Both the position numbers and the translations under genes were made by a program. Under the pieces are notes generated by a model. It had not been told where the DNA came from. It saw only the letters and a list, made by a program, of their open reading frames with translations, and made no database searches. This document shows positions 38,630-49,158 of a stretch of DNA of 64,000 nucleotides, in pieces (the first letter of the stretch is position 1; each line of letters starts with the position of its first letter). Origin of the DNA: Colwellia sp. (GTDB taxonomy: Bacteria; Pseudomonadota; Gammaproteobacteria; Enterobacterales; Alteromonadaceae); NCBI GenBank assembly GCA_042091395.1, contig JBELHN010000001.1, positions 52,634 through 116,633 of the forward strand, read 5' to 3'.

Positions 38630-39823
38630 TTACTCGTTTGTGTCGTTATCAAGTAAACCTAAAAGTGTTTGTATTATATATTGTTGCTCTTGTAAGCTTA
38701 GGTTTGGATATAAAGGTAGTGATATTGCTCGTTGGTAATAATTTTCGGCGTGTATATAGTCGCCTTTATTAAAGCCTAAATTTTGGTAATAGGGTTGTAA
38801 ATGAATAGGAATATAATGTACATGAGCAAAGATATTTTTAGCTCTTAAGGTGGTGACTATACTTTTACGATTCTGTGTTTGAGAGCAGGGTAATAATACG
38901 ATATATAAGTGGTATGATGATAACGTTGTTTTATGAACAGGTAAGCACTGTAATGAAGCCTTCTTAAAGGCAATATCATATACTTTAGCGATTGCATTTC
39001 TCTTCGCTACAAAATCATCTAATCGCTTTAGTTGGTTTAATCCAAGTGCTGCCTGCACTTCAGTCATACGATAATTAAAACCTAACTCAATTTGTTGGTA
39101 ATACCAAGGCCCATGACTTGCTTCTGTCATTTGCTCAGTTTGGTTTGTGACGCCATGGCTTCTTAATAGTTGCATCTTATTGGCGAGATTTTTCTGATTG
39201 GTTAGTGCCATGCCTCCTTCCGCAGAGGTAATTATTTTTACTGGATGAAAGCTAAAAATGCTAATATCACTGAATTGGCAACTACCAACTTTATAACCGT
39301 TGTAACTTCCACCAATGGCATGGGAGGCATCTTCGATAATGGCGAATTGATATTGCTCAGATAAGGCTTGAATACTTGCCATATCACAACTATTTCCCGC
39401 CATATGAACAGCAATTAGTACCTTAGGCAGGCTGTTGTTTTTTTTAGCTATGGCTAGTTTTTGTTTTAGCTGTGCAATACAAAGATTACCGGAGGTTAAC
39501 TCAATGTCAATAAAGTCAATGATAGCACCGCAGTATAAGGCACAGTTTGCCGTGGCGACAAAAGAAATTGGTGAAGTCCAAACCCTATCTTTAGGTTTTA
39601 CCCCTAAAGCTAAGCAGGCAATATGTAGGGCAGAGGTTGCACTATTAGTTGCAATCGCGTGTGCAGCATCACAATATTGAGCAATCGACTGTTCAAATTC
39701 AGGTACTTTGGGTCCCTGTGTTAGATAGTCTGACTTTAAAGTACTAACTACCGCTTCAATATCTTCGTCTGATATATCCTGTTTACCATAAGGGATCATA
39801 GTCTCAGGGTTAAATGATGACAT
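38630..39823 (-). CDS. pseC: PseC, UDP-4-amino-4,6-dideoxy-N-acetyl-beta-L-altrosamine transaminase (DegT/DnrJ/EryC1 family)
   Basis: N-terminus IPYGKQDISDEDIEAVVSTLKSDYLTQGPKV plus SFHPVKIITSAEGG (PLP lysine). Confidence 0.9.
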   Translation of the reverse strand: MSSFNPETMIPYGKQDISDEDIEAVVSTLKSDYLTQGPKVPEFEQSIAQYCDAAHAIATNSATSALHIACLALGVKPKDRVWTSPISFVATANCALYCGAIIDFIDIELTSGNLCIAQLKQKLAIAKKNNSLPKVLIAVHMAGNSCDMASIQALSEQYQFAIIEDASHAIGGSYNGYKVGSCQFSDISIFSFHPVKIITSAEGGMALTNQKNLANKMQLLRSHGVTNQTEQMTEASHGPWYYQQIELGFNYRMTEVQAALGLNQLKRLDDFVAKRNAIAKVYDIAFKKASLQCLPVHKTTLSSYHLYIVLLPCSQTQNRKSIVTTLRAKNIFAHVHYIPIHLQPYYQNLGFNKGDYIHAENYYQRAISLPLYPNLSLQEQQYIIQTLLGLLDNDTNE

Positions 39824-39837
39824 AGGGAACTCTCATG

Positions 39838-40869
<1,032 letters not shown>

Positions 40870-40895
40870 TTAGAGTGAGGTATCAAATAGATTAA

Positions 40896-40911
40896 AGCAA
40901 ATTATGTGCCT
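40896..40911 (-). promoter_or_regulatory. Sigma-54 promoter in front of pseB operon
   Basis: The minus strand reads AGGCAC-ATAAT-TTGCT, matching GGCAC-N5-TTGC with exact spacing. The -12 element lies about 45 nt upstream of the pseB ATG. Confidence 0.6.
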
Positions 40912-41181
40912 TAGATCATTAAGAAATAGGATTTTTTACAACACAACTAATTATCATTGAAAGAGAGACGAATGTGAATGATGTAAATAGAGGGCTTCGT
41001 GTTTGTTGTTATGTACATTTACTAAATTACCAGTTATGCCACTCCTATTGACAGTGATAAATAGCGTTGAATCATCATTTTGTGTGATAAATATACGTAA
41101 GTCATAACATACTAATATTCTAGATATCGTCAATAAAGTGCCATTTAGATGGCAGTTTACCAACTTAGCGTCAAGTTTTTG

Positions 41182-41209
41182 TTGCTTAAAAATTAATAAT
41201 AGCTAAAAT
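41182..41209 (+). promoter_or_regulatory. Candidate sigma-70-type promoter for flrA
   Basis: TTGCTT-N16-TAAAAT about 80 nt upstream of the ATG. Such matches are frequent in AT-rich DNA. Confidence 0.25.
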
Positions 41210-41288
41210 TGTTTGTCGTAATAAAAACATTAAAAATAGTACGTTAGCACTTTTTATTAAAAGATAGATGAGAGAGATAGCAGTAAAT

Positions 41289-42791
41289 ATGGGGCATAAG
41301 CAAATACTTATTGTTGACAACGATGCTGGCAGAAGCCAACAAATTACCACGGTATTAGCTTTTGTCGGCGAACATTTTATCCATTGTGAGCAAGAACAAG
41401 CCGTTGCGCATATGTCAGATATTAACCGCTTTTTAACCGTTATATTAACCGGCAAAGTAAGTGATGAATGTGCTGCGTTAATCAAAGCTAACCCTTCAAT
41501 GCCTTTTATTTTACATGATGTTGTTGATGCTAATGCGTTAAATGTTAATGTTAACGTTATTGGTATGCTTACTACTCCGCTAAATTATGCCCAACTTACC
41601 GAACTCATTCATCATTGTCACCACTATCATAACAACTTGCCTCGATGTGAAAAAAGCTTAACTAAAAGTCCTTTATTTCGCTCGCTTGTTGGAACCAGTA
41701 AACCCATGGCTGAAGTTCGATTTTTAATTGAGCAAGTCGCTAAAACACCAGCAAATGTATTGATTTTAGGGGAGTCAGGTACTGGTAAAGAGGTAGTAGC
41801 GCGTAATATTCACAATTTATCTGACCGTGCTAAAGGTACATTTGTGCCCGTTAATTGTGGAGCTATTCCGGCTGATTTGCTTGAAAGTGAACTGTTTGGC
41901 CATGAAAAAGGGGCTTTTACTGGTGCTATCTCTAGCCGAAAAGGTCGTTTTGAGTTAGCCGAAGGTGGCACACTTTTTCTTGATGAAATTGGTGATATGC
42001 CACAACCTATGCAAGTAAAACTGCTCCGTGTTTTACAAGAGCGTACCTTTGAACGTATTGGCGGCAGTAAAAGTATTAAAGCCGATGTGCGAGTGATTGC
42101 CGCTACCCATCAAAATTTAGAAAAAATGATTACAGAAGGCCGCTTTAGGGAAGATTTATTTTATCGTTTGAATGTTTTCCCTATCGAGACACCAGCGTTA
42201 CGCGAGCGTAAAGAAGATATTCCCTTGCTCTTAAAAGAGTTATTAACTCGTTTTAAACACGAGCAAGGTAATACCGTGCGCTTTACCGAAAATGCAGTTG
42301 CTTCATTGATGGAGAACCCTTGGGCGGGCAATGTCAGAGAATTATCTAATTTGATTGAACGTATGCTTATTATGTATGGTAATCAGATTGTTGATGTGGC
42401 TGAACTACCACTTAAATATCAGCACATTGATGTGCAAGTTTATAACCCTGATTACCCTGAAGAGCTTCAAGAACAAGATGCCATTAATGATTTGTTTTCT
42501 GGCTTTGATTACTCAGAAGATGATGAAGATGAAGCAGTTCAGTTATCCACATCTACTGAGGTAGAAGCACCGACAGAGGTCAATGCCGATAATACTTCGC
42601 AGGGAAACGTTTTACCTTCTGATGGCTTAAATTTAAAAGATCATTTGGCTGATTTAGAGGTGTCTTTAATTAAGCAATCCTTGTGTAAACATGATTATGT
42701 TGTAGCTAGAGCCGCTGAAACATTAGGCATGCGCAGAACAACCTTAGTGGAAAAAATGCGAAAATATGATTTACAAAAACCCAGTGAATAA
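41289..42791 (+). CDS. flrA: Sigma-54-dependent flagellar master regulator FlrA/FleQ
   Basis: FleQ-type N-terminal domain, AAA+ core ([23 protein letters not shown]) and a C-terminal Fis-type HTH. I chose the start at [12 protein letters not shown]. Confidence 0.9.
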   Translation: MGHKQILIVDNDAGRSQQITTVLAFVGEHFIHCEQEQAVAHMSDINRFLTVILTGKVSDECAALIKANPSMPFILHDVVDANALNVNVNVIGMLTTPLNYAQLTELIHHCHHYHNNLPRCEKSLTKSPLFRSLVGTSKPMAEVRFLIEQVAKTPANVLILGESGTGKEVVARNIHNLSDRAKGTFVPVNCGAIPADLLESELFGHEKGAFTGAISSRKGRFELAEGGTLFLDEIGDMPQPMQVKLLRVLQERTFERIGGSKSIKADVRVIAATHQNLEKMITEGRFREDLFYRLNVFPIETPALRERKEDIPLLLKELLTRFKHEQGNTVRFTENAVASLMENPWAGNVRELSNLIERMLIMYGNQIVDVAELPLKYQHIDVQVYNPDYPEELQEQDAINDLFSGFDYSEDDEDEAVQLSTSTEVEAPTEVNADNTSQGNVLPSDGLNLKDHLADLEVSLIKQSLCKHDYVVARAAETLGMRRTTLVEKMRKYDLQKPSE

Positions 42792-42888
42792 GGTCTGTTA
42801 AGTCTTATTAGGTCAATAGATTGACAGCATTATAAACTTTCTAATCATTAATTTAAATCTAACTCATTGTTTTAATATATTTAAATAG

Positions 42889-42904
42889 TGGCATATTAAA
42901 TGCT
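42889..42904 (+). promoter_or_regulatory. Sigma-54 promoter of flrBC
   Basis: TGGCAT-ATTAA-ATGCT with exact spacing, about 40 nt upstream of the flrB ATG. Confidence 0.7.
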
Positions 42905-42940
42905 TCATAGATATCAAGTAATTTTCAAAGGTATCTATTC

Positions 42941-44299
42941 ATGGCACAAGTTATGGCACAAGCGAGTTCTTGCGATAATTCCAAGCACACTGATTTACAT
43001 GGCATTAAGTTGCACGGTAATGTGCACGCAGATAGACCTCTTGATCAAAATGCCTCTGTTAACCTTGCCCACGAAGCTTTTCCTGGGGAATTGGCTGCAT
43101 TAAGATCACAAGTCAACCAACAGAAAGTTGTTAACAATAATACTTTTTTACCTAAAAATGCTGCTCCCTTTGAACTAGTAACTGAATCAACATTATCCCA
43201 TGAGCAAACATGCTCACTGTCAAAGGCAAGCATTCATAGCAAACCTAGTAAAGGTCACTCAGGTTTATTTAGCGATCAACTATTAGCTAACCAATTAATT
43301 GATGTAATGCCAACGGGTTTAGTCATGCTAGATGGCAATGGTATTGTGGTTAAAATTAATCAAGTTGCGAAAAACTTGCTTGATGAGCCAATACTGGGGC
43401 AACCATGGTTTAATGTGATTACTCGCTCTTTTAATCCTCAAGAAGATGACTGGCATGAAGTGTCTTTAAAAGATGGTCGTCGAGTAAAACTAGAAATAAC
43501 CACGTTAGGTAATCAGCCGGGTCAATTGATAATGATCACCGATTTAACTGAGACACGTTTATTACAAGATAAATTAGCACAAATGCAACGTCTGTCTTCG
43601 TTAGGTAAAATGGTGTCAACACTTGCTCATCAAATACGCACGCCTTTATCCGCAGCAATTTTATATAGCGAAAACTTAACTAACTCATCATTAACCGAAT
43701 CAGCTAAAACAAAGTTTCAGCGTAAATTAAACGATCGTTTATATGATCTTGAACAACAAGTTAATGACATGCTGTTGTTTTCAAAAAGTGGTAAGGAGCA
43801 GGTGGTAGCACCTGTTGCAGTTGCTGAGCTTATCAACGACTCAGTTAACGCCATGGAAGCATTGCTTGAAAAGAGTAATGTGCAATTAAAAATTAAGCTG
43901 TCAGCGCCTAAGTTACAAATACTTGCTAATAAAAATGCACTCAATGGCGCCATTCAAAATTTACTACATAATGCTCTGCAAGCCATGTCTGCTAAGGAAG
44001 TGAAGAAACCGTTAATTACTATTCAATTATATAAGCAAGCTAATCATGTTTATTTAAGTGTTAAGGATAACGGCCCAGGCATTGCTCCCCAGTTCAGTGA
44101 AAAAATATTTCAGCCTTTTTATACCTCAAGTAGCAAAGGCACAGGGCTTGGTTTAGCAGTAGTTAAATCAGTTGTTGAGGCACACCAGGGTGAAGTGAAG
44201 ATAATTAATCAAGTAGATTGCGGTGCGCATTTTGTTATTAAATTACCTTTACTCGATCAAACTGTTAACTCAAAAACAAACAAAGTAGGAGAGTATTAA
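42941..44299 (+). CDS. flrB: Flagellar sensor histidine kinase FlrB/FleS (soluble, PAS-HisKA-HATPase)
   Basis: PAS-like region (LIDVMPTGLVMLDGNGIVV), H-box (LAHQIRTPLSA) and N/G boxes (LLHNALQA, DNGPGI, GTGLGLAV). No transmembrane segment is evident. Confidence 0.85.
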   Translation: MAQVMAQASSCDNSKHTDLHGIKLHGNVHADRPLDQNASVNLAHEAFPGELAALRSQVNQQKVVNNNTFLPKNAAPFELVTESTLSHEQTCSLSKASIHSKPSKGHSGLFSDQLLANQLIDVMPTGLVMLDGNGIVVKINQVAKNLLDEPILGQPWFNVITRSFNPQEDDWHEVSLKDGRRVKLEITTLGNQPGQLIMITDLTETRLLQDKLAQMQRLSSLGKMVSTLAHQIRTPLSAAILYSENLTNSSLTESAKTKFQRKLNDRLYDLEQQVNDMLLFSKSGKEQVVAPVAVAELINDSVNAMEALLEKSNVQLKIKLSAPKLQILANKNALNGAIQNLLHNALQAMSAKEVKKPLITIQLYKQANHVYLSVKDNGPGIAPQFSEKIFQPFYTSSSKGTGLGLAVVKSVVEAHQGEVKIINQVDCGAHFVIKLPLLDQTVNSKTNKVGEY

Positions 44300-45639
44300 T
44301 GGCTAAGCAAAAAGTGTTGGTCGTTGAAGATGATGCTGATTTACGCGAAGCATTGGTGGATACCCTTTTATTGGCTGGCTATCAATGTGTAGAAGCTGAA
44401 TCTGGTGAACAAGCATTATTACAATTAAAAAGTCATCAAGTTAAGATTGTCATCAGTGATGTACAGATGGCAGGTATGTCAGGTCTATCATTGCTAAAAA
44501 GTATTAAAAGCTATCAGCCTAATTTACCTGTATTGTTGATGACAGCATATGGCACCATTGATGATGCTGTGCAGGCTATGCAAGATGGCGCATGTAATTA
44601 CATTGCTAAGCCTTTTGCACCACAAGTTTTGTTGAATATGGTGAGCCAATATATACCTCCTACTGTGGTGAATCATAATGATCCCATTGTTGCTGACAAA
44701 AGCTCGTTAGCGCTTTTATCTTTAGCGAGTAAGGTGGCTAGTACTGATGCCTCGGTGATGATTCTAGGCCCAAGTGGCTCAGGAAAAGAGGTACTGGCTC
44801 AGTATGTCCATAATCGTTCGAAACGTCACGGTGAATCCTTTGTGGCAATTAATTGCGCAGCAATTCCAGAAAATATGTTGGAGGCCACTTTATTTGGTTA
44901 TGAAAAAGGAGCATTTACCGGGGCTATTCAGGCATGTCCAGGTAAATTTGAACAAGCTCAGGGCGGTACTATTTTACTTGATGAAATAACCGAGATGGAT
45001 TTGGCATTGCAAGCTAAAATACTACGGGTTTTGCAAGAACGTGAAGTTGAGCGTCTAGGTGGCCGAAAGACTATTAGCCTTGATGTAAGGGTTATCGCTA
45101 CCAGTAATCGTGATTTAAAAGAGGCGGTGCGAGAAGGCGTTTTCCGCGAAGACCTTTATTATCGCTTAAATGTTTTTCCATTAACTTGGTTGCCATTAGC
45201 GCAACGCGTTGATGATATTTTAGTCTTGGCTGAACACCTAGTGTTAAGGCATTGTCAAAATAATGGCGACAGTGTACCAGAGTTTTCTGCTGCTGCTCGT
45301 AACAAACTTCATAGTTACCATTGGCCAGGTAATGTGCGTGAGCTTGATAATGTTATACAACGTGCCTTAATACTGCAAAGCAATAGTCTTATTGATGCTA
45401 GTGATATACTGATAGAGCATTTTGACACCGCTATTTTACCTGTAGAGCCGTCTGTAGAAATTACTGAAGATAAGTTAGGCAGTGAATTGAAATTACAAGA
45501 ACACCAAATAATTTTAGACACCTTACAAGCTTGCCACGGCAGTCGCAAAGATGTTGCTGAGCGCTTAGGTATTAGCCCACGCACCTTGCGTTATAAAATG
45601 GCAAAAATGCGAGATTCAGGTATTCAAATACCCGTGTAA
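44299..45639 (+). CDS. flrC: Sigma-54-dependent response regulator FlrC/FleR
   Basis: REC domain (VLVVEDD...ISDVQMAGMSG), AAA+ core (GPSGSGKE, GAFTGA) and an HTH. Its start overlaps the flrB stop (TAATG). Confidence 0.9.
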   Translation: MAKQKVLVVEDDADLREALVDTLLLAGYQCVEAESGEQALLQLKSHQVKIVISDVQMAGMSGLSLLKSIKSYQPNLPVLLMTAYGTIDDAVQAMQDGACNYIAKPFAPQVLLNMVSQYIPPTVVNHNDPIVADKSSLALLSLASKVASTDASVMILGPSGSGKEVLAQYVHNRSKRHGESFVAINCAAIPENMLEATLFGYEKGAFTGAIQACPGKFEQAQGGTILLDEITEMDLALQAKILRVLQEREVERLGGRKTISLDVRVIATSNRDLKEAVREGVFREDLYYRLNVFPLTWLPLAQRVDDILVLAEHLVLRHCQNNGDSVPEFSAAARNKLHSYHWPGNVRELDNVIQRALILQSNSLIDASDILIEHFDTAILPVEPSVEITEDKLGSELKLQEHQIILDTLQACHGSRKDVAERLGISPRTLRYKMAKMRDSGIQIPV

Positions 45640-45677
45640 ATTCAAACTAGAATATTATTTTCTTCTAAAAATAAGTT

Positions 45678-45720
45678 AACCAGTTAAGTTATTTATATAA
45701 ATAAAGCTTAACTGGTTTTT
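45678..45720 (+). terminator. Rho-independent terminator after flrC
   Basis: 11-bp stem AACCAGTTAAG/CTTAACTGGTT followed by a T-run. Confidence 0.6.
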
Positions 45721-45767
45721 CTTGTTTTAATTCCCACTTTTATTCAAATAAATAGCTTTTCACTCAT

Positions 45768-45783
45768 TGGCATTATGTTTGCA
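45768..45783 (+). promoter_or_regulatory. Sigma-54 promoter of fliE operon
   Basis: TGGCAT-TATGT-TTGCA, a near-consensus box, about 55 nt upstream of the fliE ATG. Confidence 0.75.
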
Positions 45784-45837
45784 ACCACCTGTTTATAACA
45801 GTAGATACGTTAGAAAATTGACTAAAGTGAGTGAACC

Positions 45838-46206
45838 ATGGATATCAAAAATAATTCTCTGTACAGCCAAATGCAAAGTATGTCGTTGCAAGCTATGGGC
45901 AACAAACCAACAGCAGTGAATGTTGATGATTTTGGAATTGATAGCATCTCTCAAAATAACCCACTGAGAGTCAACGAATCTAGTAGTAATTTTGGCAACA
46001 TGCTTTCGCAAGCACTCAATAATGTCAATGATTTACAGCAAGCTGCGGGCGAGAAAAAACGTGCTTTTGAAATGGGCGATACAAGTGTGACCCTGTCTGA
46101 AGTGATGGTAGCATCATCTAAATCAGGTATTGCCCTTGATGCCACTATTCAGGTTCGTAATAAGTTTGTTGAAGCATACAAAGAAATAATGAGTATGCCA
46201 GTATAA
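45838..46206 (+). CDS. fliE: Flagellar hook-basal body protein FliE
   Basis: 122 aa with the conserved C-terminus VMVASSKSGIALDATIQVRNKFVEAYKEIMSMPV. Confidence 0.9.
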   Translation: MDIKNNSLYSQMQSMSLQAMGNKPTAVNVDDFGIDSISQNNPLRVNESSSNFGNMLSQALNNVNDLQQAAGEKKRAFEMGDTSVTLSEVMVASSKSGIALDATIQVRNKFVEAYKEIMSMPV

Positions 46207-46322
46207 AAACAATGAGTACGCTAGTTCAATATTATTAATATGCTTTGATATAGCTTGTTGACAACAACCTGTATCAAACTTTCTTAAAAAAGACCGTACA
46301 CACAGTTCACCGGAGAAGTTAA

Positions 46323-48056
46323 GTGTCTGATACAAATGCAATGGTTTCAGCGGGTAGAAATAACGATATGCTAGCCAGCGAGACTGATAATGTCGGAATA
46401 GAAGAACAAAAGTCAGGTTTTGCTGCCTCGCTAGGAAATGTTGATATATTACGTCAAATTACCATTGTTGTAGCATTGGCTATTTGTTTGGCAATAGCCG
46501 TCTTTGTCATTATGCTAGCTAATGAACCCGAATATCGCTTTTTATCGAAATTACCTACTAAGCAACTGATTACCACGATGGATTTTCTTGATGCAAATCA
46601 AGTTGAATACCGCCAAGAAAACAACACTATCTCAGTACCTACTGAAGAATACCAAAACATTAAATTATTATTAGCTCGAGAGGGCTTAACCGATGAGCCC
46701 TCTCAAGGTGAAGATATTTTAATGAAGGATATGGGGTTTGGTGTAAGCCAGCGCCTTGAGCGAGAACGGTTGAAGTTTAGTCGGGAGCAACAATTAGCCA
46801 AAACCGTAGAACAGTTGCAAAGTATTAATCGTGCTCAAGTATTGTTGGCTATACCTCGTGAAAGTGTTTTTGCACGACGAGAAAAAAGTCCATCAGCCAC
46901 GGTCGTTTTGACCATGCAACGTGGTAAAATATTATCTGAAGAGGAAGTGGATGCGGTAGTTGATATTATCGCTTCTGCCGTTCAGGGCTTAAGCCCAAAT
47001 AAAGTCACGGTTACCGATCAACATGGTCGTTTACTAAATTCTGGCTCGCAAGACTCAATCTCTTCACGCTCAAGAAAAGAATTTGAAATTGAGCAGAAAC
47101 GTGAACAAGAGTACATGGAAAAAATCGATAGCATTTTAATTCCTGTGGTAGGGCTAGGTAATTATACTGCGCAAGTTGATATTGCTATGGACTTTACCAA
47201 TGTTGAAGAAACACAACGTCGCTATAATTCAGACTTACCAGCATTACGAAGTGAGATGAGTGTTGAAACCAGCAACATAGGTGGTGAACTTGGCGGTATT
47301 CCTGGGGCATTGACTAATCAACCGCCATTGGAGTCTGCAATTCCAGAAGAAGCGGTAGGCAATCAAAATAAAAGTATGCCAAGTAGAAAGCATCTTGAGT
47401 CCACTAAAAATTATGAACTTGATGAGGCCATTAGTCATACTAAACAACAAGCCGGTGTAGTTCGACGGGTAAGTGTTTCAGTAGCACTCGATTATGTAGC
47501 GGCGCCATCAACTAATCCACTAGAAAATGCTACTGATGCTTCACTAGCAACAGTGCCAAGATCCGCAGCAGAAACAGCCAGTATCCGCCGACTTTTACAA
47601 GGCAGTATAGGTTTTGACTTACAGCGCGGTGATGTACTAGAAGTGATAACTATTCCTTTTAACCGACCAGAGTTTGCAGTGGCTGCCCAGTTACCCTTGT
47701 GGCAACAACCTTGGTTTGTAAAAGTGTTAAAACTAGTGTTAGGCGCATTAGTTATTATTGTATTAATTTTAGCTGTAGTTAGACCTATGTTGAAACGATT
47801 AATATACCCTGACCAAACACCAGATGATTATGGTGATAAGTCATTAGATAGTCACATTGATTTAGGTGACGAAACCATGGATATGTTAACTTCAGATTTT
47901 GATGCTGGCTCAGTAGGTTTTGCGGCTGATGGCAGCTTACAATTGCCTGATCTTCATCGAGATGAAGATGTTTTAAAAGCGGTTCGAGCCTTAGTTGCTA
48001 ACGAGCCTGAACTGTCGTCACAAGTAGTGAAAAGTTGGTTGAACGAAGATGAGTGA
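46323..48056 (+). CDS. fliF: MS-ring protein FliF
   Basis: 577 aa with a GTG start, two transmembrane segments and the lipoprotein YscJ/FliF-family core. Confidence 0.95.
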   Translation: MSDTNAMVSAGRNNDMLASETDNVGIEEQKSGFAASLGNVDILRQITIVVALAICLAIAVFVIMLANEPEYRFLSKLPTKQLITTMDFLDANQVEYRQENNTISVPTEEYQNIKLLLAREGLTDEPSQGEDILMKDMGFGVSQRLERERLKFSREQQLAKTVEQLQSINRAQVLLAIPRESVFARREKSPSATVVLTMQRGKILSEEEVDAVVDIIASAVQGLSPNKVTVTDQHGRLLNSGSQDSISSRSRKEFEIEQKREQEYMEKIDSILIPVVGLGNYTAQVDIAMDFTNVEETQRRYNSDLPALRSEMSVETSNIGGELGGIPGALTNQPPLESAIPEEAVGNQNKSMPSRKHLESTKNYELDEAISHTKQQAGVVRRVSVSVALDYVAAPSTNPLENATDASLATVPRSAAETASIRRLLQGSIGFDLQRGDVLEVITIPFNRPEFAVAAQLPLWQQPWFVKVLKLVLGALVIIVLILAVVRPMLKRLIYPDQTPDDYGDKSLDSHIDLGDETMDMLTSDFDAGSVGFAADGSLQLPDLHRDEDVLKAVRALVANEPELSSQVVKSWLNEDE

Positions 48057-49104
48057 TCAAACAGAAGTCGGCGAATTAGCTGCAGCCCCAACAGGCTTTG
48101 ATGTAGAAAAGTTAGAAGGTGCCGAAAAAGCAGCTATTTTATTGTTGAGTTTGTCAGAAGAAGATGCGGCGCAAATTCTTAAACACCTTGAGCCAAAGCA
48201 AGTTCAACAAGTTGGTACAGTGATGGCCGCGATGGAGGATTTTACTCAAGAAAAAATCACTGCAGTTCACAAGTTATTTATTAATGAAATTCAAAACTTC
48301 TCAACCATTGGCTTCCAAAGTGAAGAGTTTGTGCGTAAGGCATTAACGGCAGCGTTAGGTGAGGATAAGGCTGGTAACTTAATTGATCAAATTGTTATGG
48401 GTGGCGGTGCTAAAGGTTTAGATTCATTAAAATGGATGGACTCTAAGCAAGTTGCCAATATTATTCGGAACGAACACCCCCAAATTCAAACCATTGTATT
48501 GTCTTATTTAGAGCCAGAACAATCAGCAGAGATTGTTGGTCAATTTACTGAAAAAGTCCGCTTAGATCTAATGATGCGTATTGCTAATTTAGAAGAGGTG
48601 CAACCAGCAGCGTTGCAGGAACTTAACGAAATAATGGAAAAACAATTTGCCGGTCAAGCGGGTGCTCAGGCAGCGAAGATGGGTGGCTTGAAAGCGGCAG
48701 CAGATATAATGAACTACCTTGAAACGAATGTTGAGGGTATGTTGATGGACTCTATCCGTGAAAATGATGAAGAGATGAGTCAACAAATTCAAGATTTAAT
48801 GTTTGTGTTTGAAAACCTAGTTGATGTTGACGACAGAGGCATGCAAGCTATTTTGCGTGAAGTACAACAAGAGGCCTTAATGAAAGCAATCAAAGGTACC
48901 GACGAAACATTAAAAGAAAAAATCATGAGTAATATGTCCAAACGTGCCGCTGAAATGATGAAAGATGATTTAGAAGCCATGGGACCTGTGCGAATTAGTG
49001 AAGTAGAAGCCGCACAAAAAGAAATCTTATCAATAGCAAGACGTCTATCTGACGCGGGCGAAATTATGCTTGGTGGCGGCGGTGGCGGTGATGAGTTCTT
49101 ATAA
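48049..49104 (+). CDS. fliG: Rotor switch protein FliG
   Basis: Motifs EKAAILLLSL and MFVFENL, with the C-terminal torque helix region. Confidence 0.95.
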   Translation: MSDQTEVGELAAAPTGFDVEKLEGAEKAAILLLSLSEEDAAQILKHLEPKQVQQVGTVMAAMEDFTQEKITAVHKLFINEIQNFSTIGFQSEEFVRKALTAALGEDKAGNLIDQIVMGGGAKGLDSLKWMDSKQVANIIRNEHPQIQTIVLSYLEPEQSAEIVGQFTEKVRLDLMMRIANLEEVQPAALQELNEIMEKQFAGQAGAQAAKMGGLKAAADIMNYLETNVEGMLMDSIRENDEEMSQQIQDLMFVFENLVDVDDRGMQAILREVQQEALMKAIKGTDETLKEKIMSNMSKRAAEMMKDDLEAMGPVRISEVEAAQKEILSIARRLSDAGEIMLGGGGGGDEFL

Positions 49105-49158
49105 AATAAAAAATGAGACTAAGTAAAACATTTTAATCTGATATTTTTAGGTAACTTA

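Noticed and set aside
40954-41485. Two minus-strand ORFs (69 aa and 99 aa) in the pseB-flrA intergenic region.
   Set aside because: The first would need a TTG start without an SD. The second overlaps the flrA 5' coding region antisense. Both are Cys/Ile/Leu-rich, the kind of artefact expected from AT-rich DNA. The region is better explained as a promoter/regulatory region.
46230-46295. Imperfect inverted repeat TTTGATA...GTTG-ACAA-CAAC...TATCAAA between fliE and fliF, considered as an attenuator.
   Set aside because: The stem is interrupted and AT-rich, with no T-run. fliE-fliF co-transcription is the norm, so the evidence is insufficient.
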